Below are positions 13,944-25,800 of a stretch of 64,000 nt of DNA, one piece after another (positions within the stretch are counted from its first letter, which is position 1; each line of letters begins with the position of its first letter). The stretch is from contig MU619308.1 in the NCBI GenBank assembly GCA_025201805.1, positions 62,001 to 126,000 of the forward strand. Direction: 5' to 3'. A program made the translations under genes and the position numbers. The DNA comes from Parasitella parasitica NRRL 2501 (Eukaryota > Fungi > Mucoromycota). The notes below the pieces were generated by a model. It saw only the letters and a list, made by a program, of their open reading frames with translations, was not told where the DNA came from and did not search any database.

Positions 13944-16900
13944 CTATTTTTGTTTTGGGTATATTAAATTGTGATACTTTCTCAAATGTCGCTTGAAGTA
14001 AAATCTACAGTTCAAATGTTTTTGACATTTTGCGCAATAGAATGTGGGACTGAGCGGGTCAACTTTCGCCTCAGGATCGACGTTCATTTGACGAACAGGC
14101 TTTAATATCATTGAATGAAATTTTCTACAATGTAATCGATGCTTTGGCATTGATCTTCTCCGTTCTTTGCATACGCGACAGTAGAAGTTAGGATCATATG
14201 GATCTGGTATTTGGTTATCTTTCATTTTCTCAACTCGAATGACAACAGTAGGGTGGCGCATGATGGTAGGTGATGGAGCGCCTTCCATTGAATGTTTTGT
14301 GCTGAAATGGGTCTTGTTCTTGGAGATGTTTTCATAGACAGGGTATTTAGCATTAGGATCATTAGACTTGGAATATTCAGGAGGTGCAAAATACGATGTT
14401 TGCTTTGAACTTGCATTTGATCGTCTAGGTGAGTGCCGTGTTCCAGTAGGCCTTGATTTCAATAAAATGTCATTAGAACCTGAGGCTTGATCCTGACGTA
14501 CTATTATTCTTTGATGATCCCAGCGTAGATGGGTTCTGAAGGGCGAAATACTCTTGTAAATATTTGGACAGTATGAACAGGGTATTTCATTTGGATTATC
14601 AATCCTCAAAGTTTCTTTGGTTATCTTCTTTGCCCTTGATCGTGTTGTGATTAATGTGTGTGATTCGCGTAAATGACCCTTATATTCGACTAGCTTTTCA
14701 AACTGTTTGTTGCACGGTTGACAAACGTACTTGTTTTCACTTAATCGAAGCAGCATGTGCTCAAATCTCGTGTATTTCAAAGATTCCATTTTCTTGCAAT
14801 GAGCTTGCAAAAAATGGTCATTGTAGTTCTGAAAGCTAGTAAACGATATTTCACACTGATTGCAATAGTTGCTGCAATTTTTATCATTCGGAGATGTATA
14901 GTCCTTTAACTGTAGTTTGTCTACATTTGCGTGAATAAATCCAGAAGAGCTACCTTTTTCGGTCAGTGTATCTGAGGCAATCGTTGCAAATGAGGGAATT
15001 GGTGTGCCTGGTGCATCTGGTGTGTCTGGTGTGTCTGGTGTACCTGGTGTGCCTGGTGTGCCTGGTGTGCCTGGTATGCCTGGCGTGTCTGGTGCGATTG
15101 AGGTGTCTGGGGCAATTGGTGCATCTGAAGCCATCGTTGTATCTGAAGTGGTCGCTGGATGGGTTTGGTTTATATGATCCATGTACAGTTTGTGATCTTT
15201 GAAAGTTCTCTTACAATGTTTACAGTTGTAGATAGGAACAACAGAATCTGGCGGAAGGGTGGTTTGATATGGTCGACTATAATTTTCAGGATTATCAGCA
15301 TATTGGTTCCCATCGGAAGCTCCTCTAACCGCTACTCTGATAGAATGTGTATAAGTCAGATGCGCTCGGAAAGATCTCCTAGATTCATAATTTTGCTCGC
15401 AAGCCCTACAATAGAAGTTGGGGTCGCTCTCATCTGGCTTCAAGTGAAAATACTTGATAGTTGTTACCAGGTGTGTACGCTTTATGTGCTCCACGTAGTT
15501 AACGCTGCTTTTAATGTATATATTACATCCGCAGCAGTAGTAAAGAGAATCGGCTGACTGTTGTTCGTCAATCTCTCTGTTTAAAGTTGGGGTTTTAGCC
15601 ATGTCAGGTTGTTGAGGTGTATCAATGAGATTATGAGTGGTTTTGATGTGCCTTCGGAACATCGACTTGGAGGGATACTTTTGTTCGCACGCTTCACAGT
15701 AGAGCCGAGGATTATTAATATCTGGCTTTATCTGGAAGTGTTTAATTTTCAGCATCGAATGAGCGTTTTTGATGTGCTGCTTGTAATTCCTGTAGTTATT
15801 GATGTATTGGTTGCATCCACAGCAATAGCAACGGGATTTTTTTAAATGCTGATCATCAGCAAACTGTTGTTGTTGTGCTGAATCAAGTTGATGGATATTC
15901 TTTAAATGTTGTCCGAAAGCCCACAGATCTTTACAGTTTTTTTCACAAGCTTTGCAGTAAAAATTAGGGTCTTTGATGTCTGGTTTCAGGTGGAAAGACT
16001 TGATTTTTGACGTCATGTGTCTATGCTTGATGTGCTCCAAGTAGCTAGAGTATCCACTGATGAATCCATCGCAGCCACAGCAATAGTAAAACGAAGTTTC
16101 TGAAGGCTGCTCGCCTGCTTTTTCAAGCCGTGATTTTGTATCAAGTTTGTGAAGAACACTCATATGAGCTCGAAATGCGTTCTTTCCCGAGAATTTTCGC
16201 TCACAAGCTTTGCAGTAAAAATTGGGATCATGGATGTCTGGTTTTACTTCAAAATGTTTGATTGTTGAACTTGGATGACTGATTTTGATATGGCTCCTAA
16301 ATTCAGAATATCCGACAATGTGTCTATTACATCCACAGCAATAAAAAGAAGAGGTGTCGTTAGAGCTTCCAGCCTTCGAAAGTCTTGTCATATGTTTGAT
16401 GTTAATTTTGTGTGTGAGCTTCAGATGCTGTCGATATAATATTCGTGTTTTATATTTTTTTTCACAAGCAATACAGTAAAAGTTGTCATCATAGGGATCG
16501 GGCCTGAGATGAAAGTGCTTAATTCGCAGCCTTGAGTGTCGAGTTTCGATATGCTTCAAGTACATGGCGTAGTTTTTGATACTTCGATTACATGCACAGC
16601 AATAGTAGTCGGTATCATCTTCCGCAGAGTGACCTCTTCCTAAATGTGTGGTTGCAATTAACATCAATTTCCAAATTTTACACAGTCTATGGATATACAT
16701 TACCGTCGAGTGAAACATTATCTTGCTCTAAACTCTCTCGCTTCACCGCATCCTCCAGTTTTAGAAAACTCTCTTCTTGATTGAAGTGTACGTTGCCAAT
16801 TCCCTCATTTTCATGGGCAATGTCACCGTCACTTGAATTGATACTTTTCTCGTCAGCGACAAAATAAATCCCTTTCTTGGTGTCACGGGCGTTTCTGGTC

Positions 16901-17064
16901 TTGACTTCCTTCATACTATCATCTTCGTCCAGATCCTCCCCAGCTCTTATCCTTTTTTTTCTGGGGGTGATGGTATGATCTTCGCATTCTCGCTTCTGTG
17001 TTGCAGCGTATTCAAACAGGGTATCTGGATCACTTGGTTCAGATTTGATGAAAATTTCATCCAT
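13944..17064 (-). CDS. Multi-C2H2 zinc-finger protein (about 16 fingers, 2 exons)
   Basis: Exon 1 starts [10 protein letters not shown] (ORF 16687..17064). An intron gtaatg...catttag at about 16703-16641 joins it to ORF 13944..16718, which carries repeated CxxC-x12-HxxxxH motifs and PDxxDPNFYC linkers. Confidence 0.88.
15001..15125 (-). repeat. 9-bp coding microsatellite encoding (P-G/D-T)n
   Basis: Plus strand reads ggtgtgcct/ggtgtgtct repeats; the protein reads [31 protein letters not shown]. Confidence 0.9.
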
Positions 17065-17447
17065 GATACCTTTATGATCTTGAAGTATTGTAGCTTTAGG
17101 ATGATATGCTATACTATCTACTTGTGTTTCAAATCAGAAATTTCTGCATTCATCCTGCTAACATTCCGTACTTACTCGTAAACTTGTCTTCTTGCTTCAT
17201 TGTTGATGGAATATGTGAAAGATCCATTGTGGGTTATGCCAGGCCAGTGTGATGGCTCGGTGCTCCAAACACCCAAGTGCACTAATTGTACCTTCATTCA
17301 TAGAGGGTTTTCGAACAAAACAAAACAAAAAAAAAAAAAAAAAAAAAAGAGAATGCAAAGTAACTTTAAGCCACGTTTCCCAAAAGCAAAACAAGGTCTG
17401 TAAACTGCTTGCCTATTGAATATGAACGTCTGTATCAAGACATTGTT

Positions 17448-18765
17448 CTAATTGATCTTTATTTCTGAGCTCTTTCTTTTTCGTTTCGTCTGCATTTGAT
17501 GAACCTTGCGGCAATGCAATTGTAATTCGTTTACTGAATTCATGCTTATTTTGCACACAGAACAGTAAAAATTAGGATTACTAGGATCAGGCCAAATATT
17601 ACCAAAATCCTTTGTCGTTTTCATGTCAATAAAATGAACCAAGTGCACATGAATTCTGTAATTCCAACTAGAAAGGAAAACTGAATTGCATTCATGGCAG
17701 TAATTTTCTTCATTGATGTCAATTTCCCTTGTGGAGGAACGTTCTCCTAACGAATTTTCGATACTGGGTATATGTTGCTTATGTATATTTGATGATGGGG
17801 CAACTATCATGCCAGACGCTTCTTCTACGCTTCTTTTTTTGCGTGATTTGTAATAGGAGCCAGGGTCTTCAGGGTCTGGGGATTCTTCATCGGATCGGAA
17901 TCCTTCAGCAAGCATTGTATTATAATGATCCACCAGTAAACATTGAGTATCAAATTGAAGGTGGCAACAAATGCATACATAGCTGAAGTTGAGTAGATCA
18001 GGAAGTGTATCATGGTGTGAAATTAGGTGTTTTCCGTGTTGGTCTTTTAAATGTTGTACATATGGAGCACTGGTCTCATATTGTTTCTGGCACAGAAGAC
18101 AGTAATTGCGTGGAGTTATTATTTTGGGAAGCTTGTTCGGGTTTTTATCGGGTTTGTATGTCTTATGCCTGTAGTCTATATGTCTACGAAACAAATCTCG
18201 TGTCAGGTAAGTAATGTTACAAGTAACGCAATAATTTATGGAGTGCCCTGTTGATGGGTGGTCTAAAAATCGTAGTTTACACACACGATCTTTATAATCC
18301 TTTATCGCCCCGTGATTTCCATTACAAACTTCACAAGGATATGCTCGAGTTTCTAAAATTTCAGTGCAATCGTATCTTGGCAGTATGTAATGGACTAGTT
18401 GTAAGTGTCGTTGGTAGCGTTCCAGAGATTTACATTCTCGCTCGCAAGCTCGGCAATAGGTAGTGATTTGGTCAATTGGTTGGTAGTGGACATGTCTTAT
18501 TTTTTCTGAATCAATTTGTACATTGTGAGTTATTTTCAAATGATGTAAAAATTGTTCGTAATCTGCTGTCGATTCATAACATAAACTACATTGAATTCCT
18601 GGATTTTTGAATTCAGATGCTGTATCTTCGTCTATAATAAACTATAATTAGTTAAATGTCATATAATGTCAAGAGCCTCATTAGCATACCACCAATCGAA
18701 AAGGAATCATACATTTCGACTTCTTGGTTTATCAGATCGTTGTTGTTGTTCTTAATATGAGCCAT
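17448..18765 (-). CDS. Second C2H2 zinc-finger protein, tandem paralog (about 6-8 fingers); start uncertain
   Basis: ATG 18765 (MAHIKNN), then intron gtatgc...ttatag at about 18689-18633, in frame with CSLC...HLKITH and ORF 17448..18539, which has the WPDPSNPNFYCSVC motif. A coding-like upstream frame from ATG 19034 (MTVIASSLDE...) may be a further 5' exon. Confidence 0.8.
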
Positions 18766-19279
18766 GCCACCGGTAAGAACAATTGTGTCCTCACTCTTAT
18801 GAGCAATATCTTTGTAATAATTTGAGAAAATTAGATCACTGTCAGTTTATTATTAGAATCCTGCGGAAGCACAATAATACAATATTAAACCCACAAATTG
18901 CCCACTTCCAATGCGCACTCGCGAGCTTCTTTGAATGCATAGTCTATGAGGTCATCTGCATTCTGCTCGTTATTTTTCAAAGCAAAATTTTCACAGGAGT
19001 TTATTTCATCCAGGCTGCTAGCTATGACGGTCATTAAGTTGATTATATTTTGATTGTTACAAATGTAAAGCAGATGTAAAAAGTTTCTTTACCTCTTGGC
19101 TCCATTTTCTTTATTCAATAGGCTGGCATGGAAAAAAAACTCCTGTTGATGATTTGTCTGATGGCTGCAACTACTATATTGTTCACAAGTCACTTGCTCC
19201 CTGTGAAGAACCGCGAAGTTCCGCAAAAGACATAATTGATTTGGCCATGAATTAATTATGTCAATATTATATATACATA

Positions 19280-20085
19280 CAATACGAAGCCGGAACTATG
19301 AAAAAGCCTCATCTTGAACCTTGGTACTAGTCTCACATCTGGTCAATGGTAGAGATTGGGTTTGATGCTTTAAAGGACATTGATGCTGTAACCACTGAAT
19401 CTGCGGGCCACTCAGGTTGGAAACGAAAAATGCTAATAGACATATCTCGTCGCTGAAAATAATGGATTATATGAAATTTGAGCGCAGACTTGACATGATT
19501 TTTCGACAAAACATAAGCGATCATTCAGAAGCTCTGGAATTTGATGGCAGTGAAGCAAGTATTAAAGACATTGGTAATACTGGCGCAAAATATCCGCATG
19601 AAAGAATGTGTAAGCTTCTGCGTGCGCTCAAGAATATGCCCGAGAGACTCCATAAAGTATTGTTGAAGACTGACCAGCGCAATAAACACAATTGAGAACC
19701 GTAGGATTTATACTCAGTGTTCTCAATAGCTATATGTTCACATTGAATAAACCTACTATATATATTTCTCGTGCCAATTTTTACAAAGCTATCAGAATAA
19801 ACCTACTATATATATTTCTCGTGTCAATTTTTACAAAGCTATCAGTATTGCTTCGCACATCTCTCAGTTTAGATCTACAATTCCTGCAATCTACTCCGCC
19901 TCAGCCTGTCCCCAAATTGTTGAAGTCATGAATTGGGTTAACGCTTTGACAAAACCTCTCTGGATTTGGATACCTGTTTATTGAAACTACCTCCTCCCCC
20001 AATGCCAGTGACCTCCAGCTTGACAGAGACAGCCTCCACCTCAACAAGAGCATCTTCCAAGAAGAAATTAAAAAGCCAACAGTAA
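19280..20085 (+). pseudogene. Disrupted copy of a multicopy Mucoromycota hypothetical protein family (PD-(D/E)XK nuclease-like)
   Basis: Reads QYEAGTMKKPHLEPWY*SHIWSMVEIGF...TES...KRK(frameshift)NANR...RRLDMIFRQ...EFDGSEA...KLLRALKNM...(frameshift)RTVGFILS...LNKPTIYISR. It has an in-frame TAG at 19328-19330, frameshifts near 19425 and 19692, and a 50-bp duplication. The family assignment is from recalled motifs only. Confidence 0.6.
19746..19845 (+). repeat. Direct tandem duplication, 2 x 50 bp, one mismatch
   Basis: aataaacctactatatatatttctcgtg(c/t)caatttttacaaagctatcag occurs twice in a row. Confidence 0.95.
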
Positions 20086-21151
20086 TGATCCTCTTCCCAT
20101 GTGTACCTGTTATATGGGACTAAAGATTTACATGACAATAGATAAGGAAAAAAAAAAAAAAGATATAATAGGTAGACACTATGTCAAAAATAATGTAGAG
20201 TTACTAAAACACTAATGAACTATCTCAGAGAGAACAAAAAGCTATATTATTTAATGCTTTGGTATAAATTATATTTTCAAATGTATCAAATGGGGCGATA
20301 ATATATACAAATATATATTAACGGGCAAGACATGAAATAGGCTTAAGGTGTCTGTAACCCCCTCCAACGTACAACATACCTATACAAAAAGCGTCAATCG
20401 AGAAGTTCAAAAGTGCAAGATGTTTTCAAAAAACCCCAATGGGCACTGGAGAAACAGTACTGACGAGGTTGTCCTGACGTTAATTTCGTGTCAAAAAAGT
20501 CTAGGCCATGAGATTTCATTGATAAGGGGCAGCAATTTGATTACAGACGACAAAAAACAAACTGCTGGACGTAGTATTTTAGAAGCAATGATGTGTATTC
20601 CAAAAATCATGACTACAGCTAAACTTCATTAGCAATTTAAAATCAAATGCACGAATAGACACAAGTACATGACCGACCAAAATGACGTTAAAAAACAAAG
20701 AAATGATTATATACTTGTATTAATTTCATTAAGAAGAACGGCCGCTATCTTATATCTTGTAAAGTGTCGTCTCTCTAAACCGTCAAAGATAAGAAATAAG
20801 ACCACATTCGATTACATGCAATGTATAGCATAATATACATACATGAGTCTCTGTATTTTTGGCACCAAATAAAAATGTATATCAATGCATTATAATAAGT
20901 ACATGTGCTTACATATATTCTACATCATAGTAGAATATATGATCTGCAATTTTATTTTGTTTGTAAATATTTGTACAGTACATTGGAAATAGGGTAAAAA
21001 ATAAAGTTGTTTTTTTCATAGACAGGAGTGAGTGATACGGATATGGACAGAAAGGAGTACGTAAAGAGAGGAAAAGGTATAAAGTTTTTAAAATTTCTAT
21101 GAAATTTACGTGAAGGAAAGGAAACGATGGTGCAATATGAATATAAAGCAT

Positions 21152-22138
21152 TTAACCCATAACGAGCGAAGGTTTGTCCATCAAAAATGGTGGGTTCTTA
21201 TATTGTAGAGGTTTATAAGACCAATCTTGTTCTTGCTGCTGTTGCTTTTGCTGATGCTGTTGCTGATGCTGTTGTAATTGTGAAAACGAAGACTTTTGAG
21301 AAACGATTGGAGTGTCAGGCATTTTAGGGTGTTGTAGATTTAAAGAATAGGACAAGGAAGATCTACTATAATTATTGGTCGTAGCTGCCAATACAGAGGG
21401 AGCATCCGTGGCATCACAGCAAAGATCAGAGTCCACCCAATCTGGAAGATACGCTTCAGCGACTCCATGGTTGGTTCGCCACCAGTAGGTACGACGTACT
21501 GAGAACCGATTTAGCTGATGGGAAGTAGGTTCTATTTTACTTTGATTGCCTGATTCAGAGCGATCACTAAAAGATATTTCGAGCAGTACATCCAAATCAG
21601 TTGGACTATTGTACTCGATGTGCCTTTTTAAGCTGGCATCTCTACGAATGGCTATTTTGGTGAAGCCATTTCGACGCATCTGCTCAATCTGCTTATTTGT
21701 GGATTTGTCTAGCTGAAGCCATTGGTTCTCTTGCCATTCAATCTCATATTTAGGTGCAAAAGGGCGAGTGATACGATGACGCTGATAGTTGCGTCGATCG
21801 GAACGAGTCATCCTGTAACGCAGAAATTGGCCAAGTGGCACAGAGTCTTTGCTGTGAACACTATCATCGCTTTTGTTTGGTTTTGGCAGTTGCATACGGC
21901 CTATTTTCAAGGAATCCGTGGGTGTCGGTGGTGTTGATATGGTGGTAGAAGGAGAAGCAGTAGTGGTAGCAATAGGTGAAGGAAGCGCGGCTTCCGATTT
22001 TCTAGTTGTGATTTTTGGCATCAAGGGAGCAACTGTGGTAGGTATTGCCTTTTCATTGGACACCCGCTCCTCCGGCATTGTAGGCCGCTTGTGCTTATTG
22101 AAGAGTGATGATAGTTTGAACCAGGTGTTGCTATTCAT
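21152..22138 (-). CDS. Intronless 328-aa protein with a putative WWE-like domain and low-complexity flanks
   Basis: Single open ORF. YEIEWQENQWLQLDKSTNKQIEQMRRNG...RFSVRR resembles the WWE pattern (W..W...IE...G...RxVRR). P/S/T-rich N-terminus and poly-Q C-terminus. Confidence 0.7.
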   Translation of the reverse strand: MNSNTWFKLSSLFNKHKRPTMPEERVSNEKAIPTTVAPLMPKITTRKSEAALPSPIATTTASPSTTISTPPTPTDSLKIGRMQLPKPNKSDDSVHSKDSVPLGQFLRYRMTRSDRRNYQRHRITRPFAPKYEIEWQENQWLQLDKSTNKQIEQMRRNGFTKIAIRRDASLKRHIEYNSPTDLDVLLEISFSDRSESGNQSKIEPTSHQLNRFSVRRTYWWRTNHGVAEAYLPDWVDSDLCCDATDAPSVLAATTNNYSRSSLSYSLNLQHPKMPDTPIVSQKSSFSQLQQHQQQHQQKQQQQEQDWSYKPLQYKNPPFLMDKPSLVMG

Positions 22139-22853
22139 TGCAGATTTCGATAATAGAGGGCTATGAAGTGAGAAGATGCAAATTTACAGTAAGACAATCA
22201 TTGTATATATAGTTTTTTTCTATGTTTGTGAGACACAACCTAATCGTTAGTATATAATGCTACCCTAATCTTGATGTTTATTATTTCCCTCTCTTTTTTT
22301 GTCATATCCGAGATTTTCTTTTTTGAAATCAGGAGACAGGAGAGATTACATACACGTTATGTAGGTGAGTTAAAACGGATAACATAACCACGGAACAAAA
22401 ATTGGCTTAGTATTCCGAACAACAGTGCAGTTGAATTGGCCACTACTCAATGCAGCCCTCATGATAAAAGATTGACAACATGTTGGTCATATGGTCAGAA
22501 GTTATATTTAAGGCGGGAAAAAAAAACAAAAAGCTTTTATTTATCGCCAACATGAATGTATCATATACTTATTCGTGTTCAAACAAGCCGGAATCTCATA
22601 GTGTCGCCCTGTTGGCTGTGCAACCATCACACATTCATATTTCACACAATTTTTTTCCAGCCGCTAGGCTTCCGAAGTGGGTGCTCTTTTCAATAAGAAA
22701 ACATGATTTACCATGCAAATGTATACATTTAGTATTATGAAATTAAGATTACACAGCAGATTTAGAGTGAGGATGTGCTCATTTATGTAATGTATAATTA
22801 GAAATAGTCATATATATAAGAAGCGAGAAAATACAAATAAATAAACAAAAGAA

Positions 22854-25800
22854 TTATCTTTTGGATGTGTTACTAGCATTTGCAGTAGTATTGGAAGTGG
22901 TGGCCGAGATGTCAGCCTTGACCATTTTAAGTACTATTTGGTTGCCATCTTCATCGGTTTGAATGAATTTGTCTCCATCAACATAGCCAGAAGACGAATT
23001 GGATGACCTGTTTGTTAAACTACTGCTGACGCCACTGCCCCTTCTAATAATCGGTGTACCGACAATCGGCCCCATAGGCGATCCACTTCTGGTCGTTACT
23101 GAAAAAGACGGCGCATCGTCCACGGCATCTTTGAATGTGTTTACTGTGACGTATTGTGTCTCTCCAGTCTCTGACTTGGTCGCTAATCCATCGCTATGAC
23201 CGTGATCTATAGGGACGAAAAAATTAGCATCAACATCATCATATCTGCTTCATACCGTTTCATACCTTTCATAAACCTGGAAGAACGTAGCACACAAGCA
23301 CAAAACAGGGAAGGATATGATATCATTTTTAGTAGTGTCATACGTGATTGTTCAAACAACACTTCTTACCTTGATAGTTCCTCCCAGCCACCACCTACGC
23401 GAACCATAACCATTTTACTGGGCAAAATACGACAATACACCAATCTAGGATGTTCATCACCAAACCAGTATTTACCAGCTTCACCAGGAACCATTTTGAC
23501 CTTCATTTTATAGGGGCTATCATTCACAATCAAGCCCAATTGTACATCAAGTTCATTCTTTGGATCCGAAACGTAGTTTTTGCTGGAATTAGAGGGCGAC
23601 GAAGGCGTTTTGGATGATCTTCGAGTGGCTGTATGACTAGGCGATGTCATCTTCATTTCTGTAGAGAGCGTAGATGACCTAAAGCTACCCACAGGCCGTG
23701 GTGCCGATGCTGGCGAGTGAGGCCCGTTCTTTGATCTACGCGACCTCCGCTCTTTGGGCGTCGATTTAGCCATAGCCAACTTGGTGAAGAACTCATGGTT
23801 CAATTCCTTGATGCAAGTTTGCAGCTCCTTCTCGCGAGATGATACAGATGCTTGCATGTCGGCCCAGTCCTTCTTGGTCTTTTTCAGCCGCTTTGCTACT
23901 CGTTCGTTGTCATCCAGGAACTGCTTTTGCGATTCTGATTTCACTTTGACTAGCAAATCTAAAATACGGGGCTCGCTTTTCTTGTATGTGGATACTAACC
24001 GCTTAAGCAACGCCTGCAAGTCAGACTTGTTGAACTTGGATCCTACAACGCTCGCATGCTGTGCCGATGTTTCTTCCACCACTTTGGATAAATAAGCAAT
24101 CTCTGCGTCAATCTGATCGGTGATACCAAAGAATTCAGTGATGCTTCCCTCAGTATGTGCTTGCTTTCTGCGGTGCTTGACTAATTGACGCAGATCTTCA
24201 ATAGATTTTGAGAGCTTTTCTCGCTGGTTCTTTAGCGACAGTGTTCCTGATGTAGGCGACGAGCCAGTGACAACCTCACTGCGGCTTATACTCTTCATCA
24301 AATTTTCAATATCGCAGGAGCTCTTTTTCAGGGTAACATCTATTTCCTCCTGAATCTCGTCCAGCTCCTGTTCTTCTACAGATACATTTTTGCCAGATAG
24401 CTGAAGTGCCTCAACCCTATCCTTCAAATCTTCAACATACTTTAATGATTCTGCAAGTTTGGATGATACAGTTTGGCGTTTATGCAGAATGTCAAGTCTG
24501 TCTCTCGTGTCATCGGCGGAAGATTTGATTTCGGCCCACTTTCTGTTCATGTCATCTCTACGTCTGTCTACAGCTTTGGTGATTGCGCCTGTTCGAGTGG
24601 CGCTTATTCGTCTGTTGAGGTTCTTTTCTAAATCGCTGCATTTTTGGAGGAATTCTTGGATAGATGCTTCAATGGATTCGTAGCGCTGCATAAAGTCTCG
24701 CAGCTCGGGCAGATCTCGAGTCCTTGCTGCTCTGGTGGATGCCTTATTGCCATTATAAGATCGAGACCCCGTAGCTTTGAGTTCTGTAACGGATCTGCTA
24801 ATTTCCCTCTCGAATTTCATCAAACGGCTCAATAACTTGAGAGATGTAACATAGTCATTTTCAGTCTTGAGAGCAGCTTTGAGCTCTTGGAGCAGCTTTT
24901 CCAGTCCTGACTTGTATTCCTCCACCTGAGAAACAGGATGTTCATATGTCTTGACAAGCTTGGTGGCCTGATCTGACACAATGCCGTCATACTTGATCTT
25001 GCATTCGCTGCCAATGTCTTGGATATGTGACAACGCTGCGCTGTACGCAGTGATAATATTGTTGATAGAGTCGATTTTTTTTAGCTGGTGTTCAGGATTA
25101 GTATTTGCCTGCTGACGAATATAAGATATTTGGTCTTCGCAAGTCTTTGACACTTTGGCGACCTCATTTTTGAACATTTCAAACAATGTGAGCCTTTCTT
25201 TATCCAGTCTTCTCTGGTCCAATACTTTTTGGATTTCATTTTTCAATGCTCGTATCTCCTGGCTGCGCTTCATGAATCCAGTTTTGTTGGCTTCATCTTC
25301 AGACAGATCAGTAGAGTTTTTCACTGTGCTTTCTAGCTCTTCTTGGCTCATCGACAGAGCAGCCAATCTCTTTTCATACTTTAGAAGCTTGGTCTTGGTC
25401 GTAGAAGATGGCTGATTCACAACCAAAATCTTGTCCATATCGTCTTTTAATTTCTTGAGCGAGGACTCAAGCTTGTCCAGCTCATCACATCCCTCAATCC
25501 ACTTGGAAGTTCTTGTCACAAAAGCCGCCAGGCCCGAGTTTTTGCCTTGCAGCGTTTTCCAAGCGAAATCCACGTTTTGCTGCACTTGCTTAGATTCAGG
25601 GGTAACAACACCCTGCACTCTCATGCCAGTATAATACGAGCATGAGTCGTCATAGAAGCCTTGACATTCCAGCACTGCCTCCTTGATCTGCTTGTGAGCA
25701 TTTTTTAGTTCTTTAAAGTGGTCCAGGCGTTCCCCTGCTGTTTGTTTATCCGTGGTCGTACTAAATTTACCATACTGTACTTGTGATATTAGAGATATGA

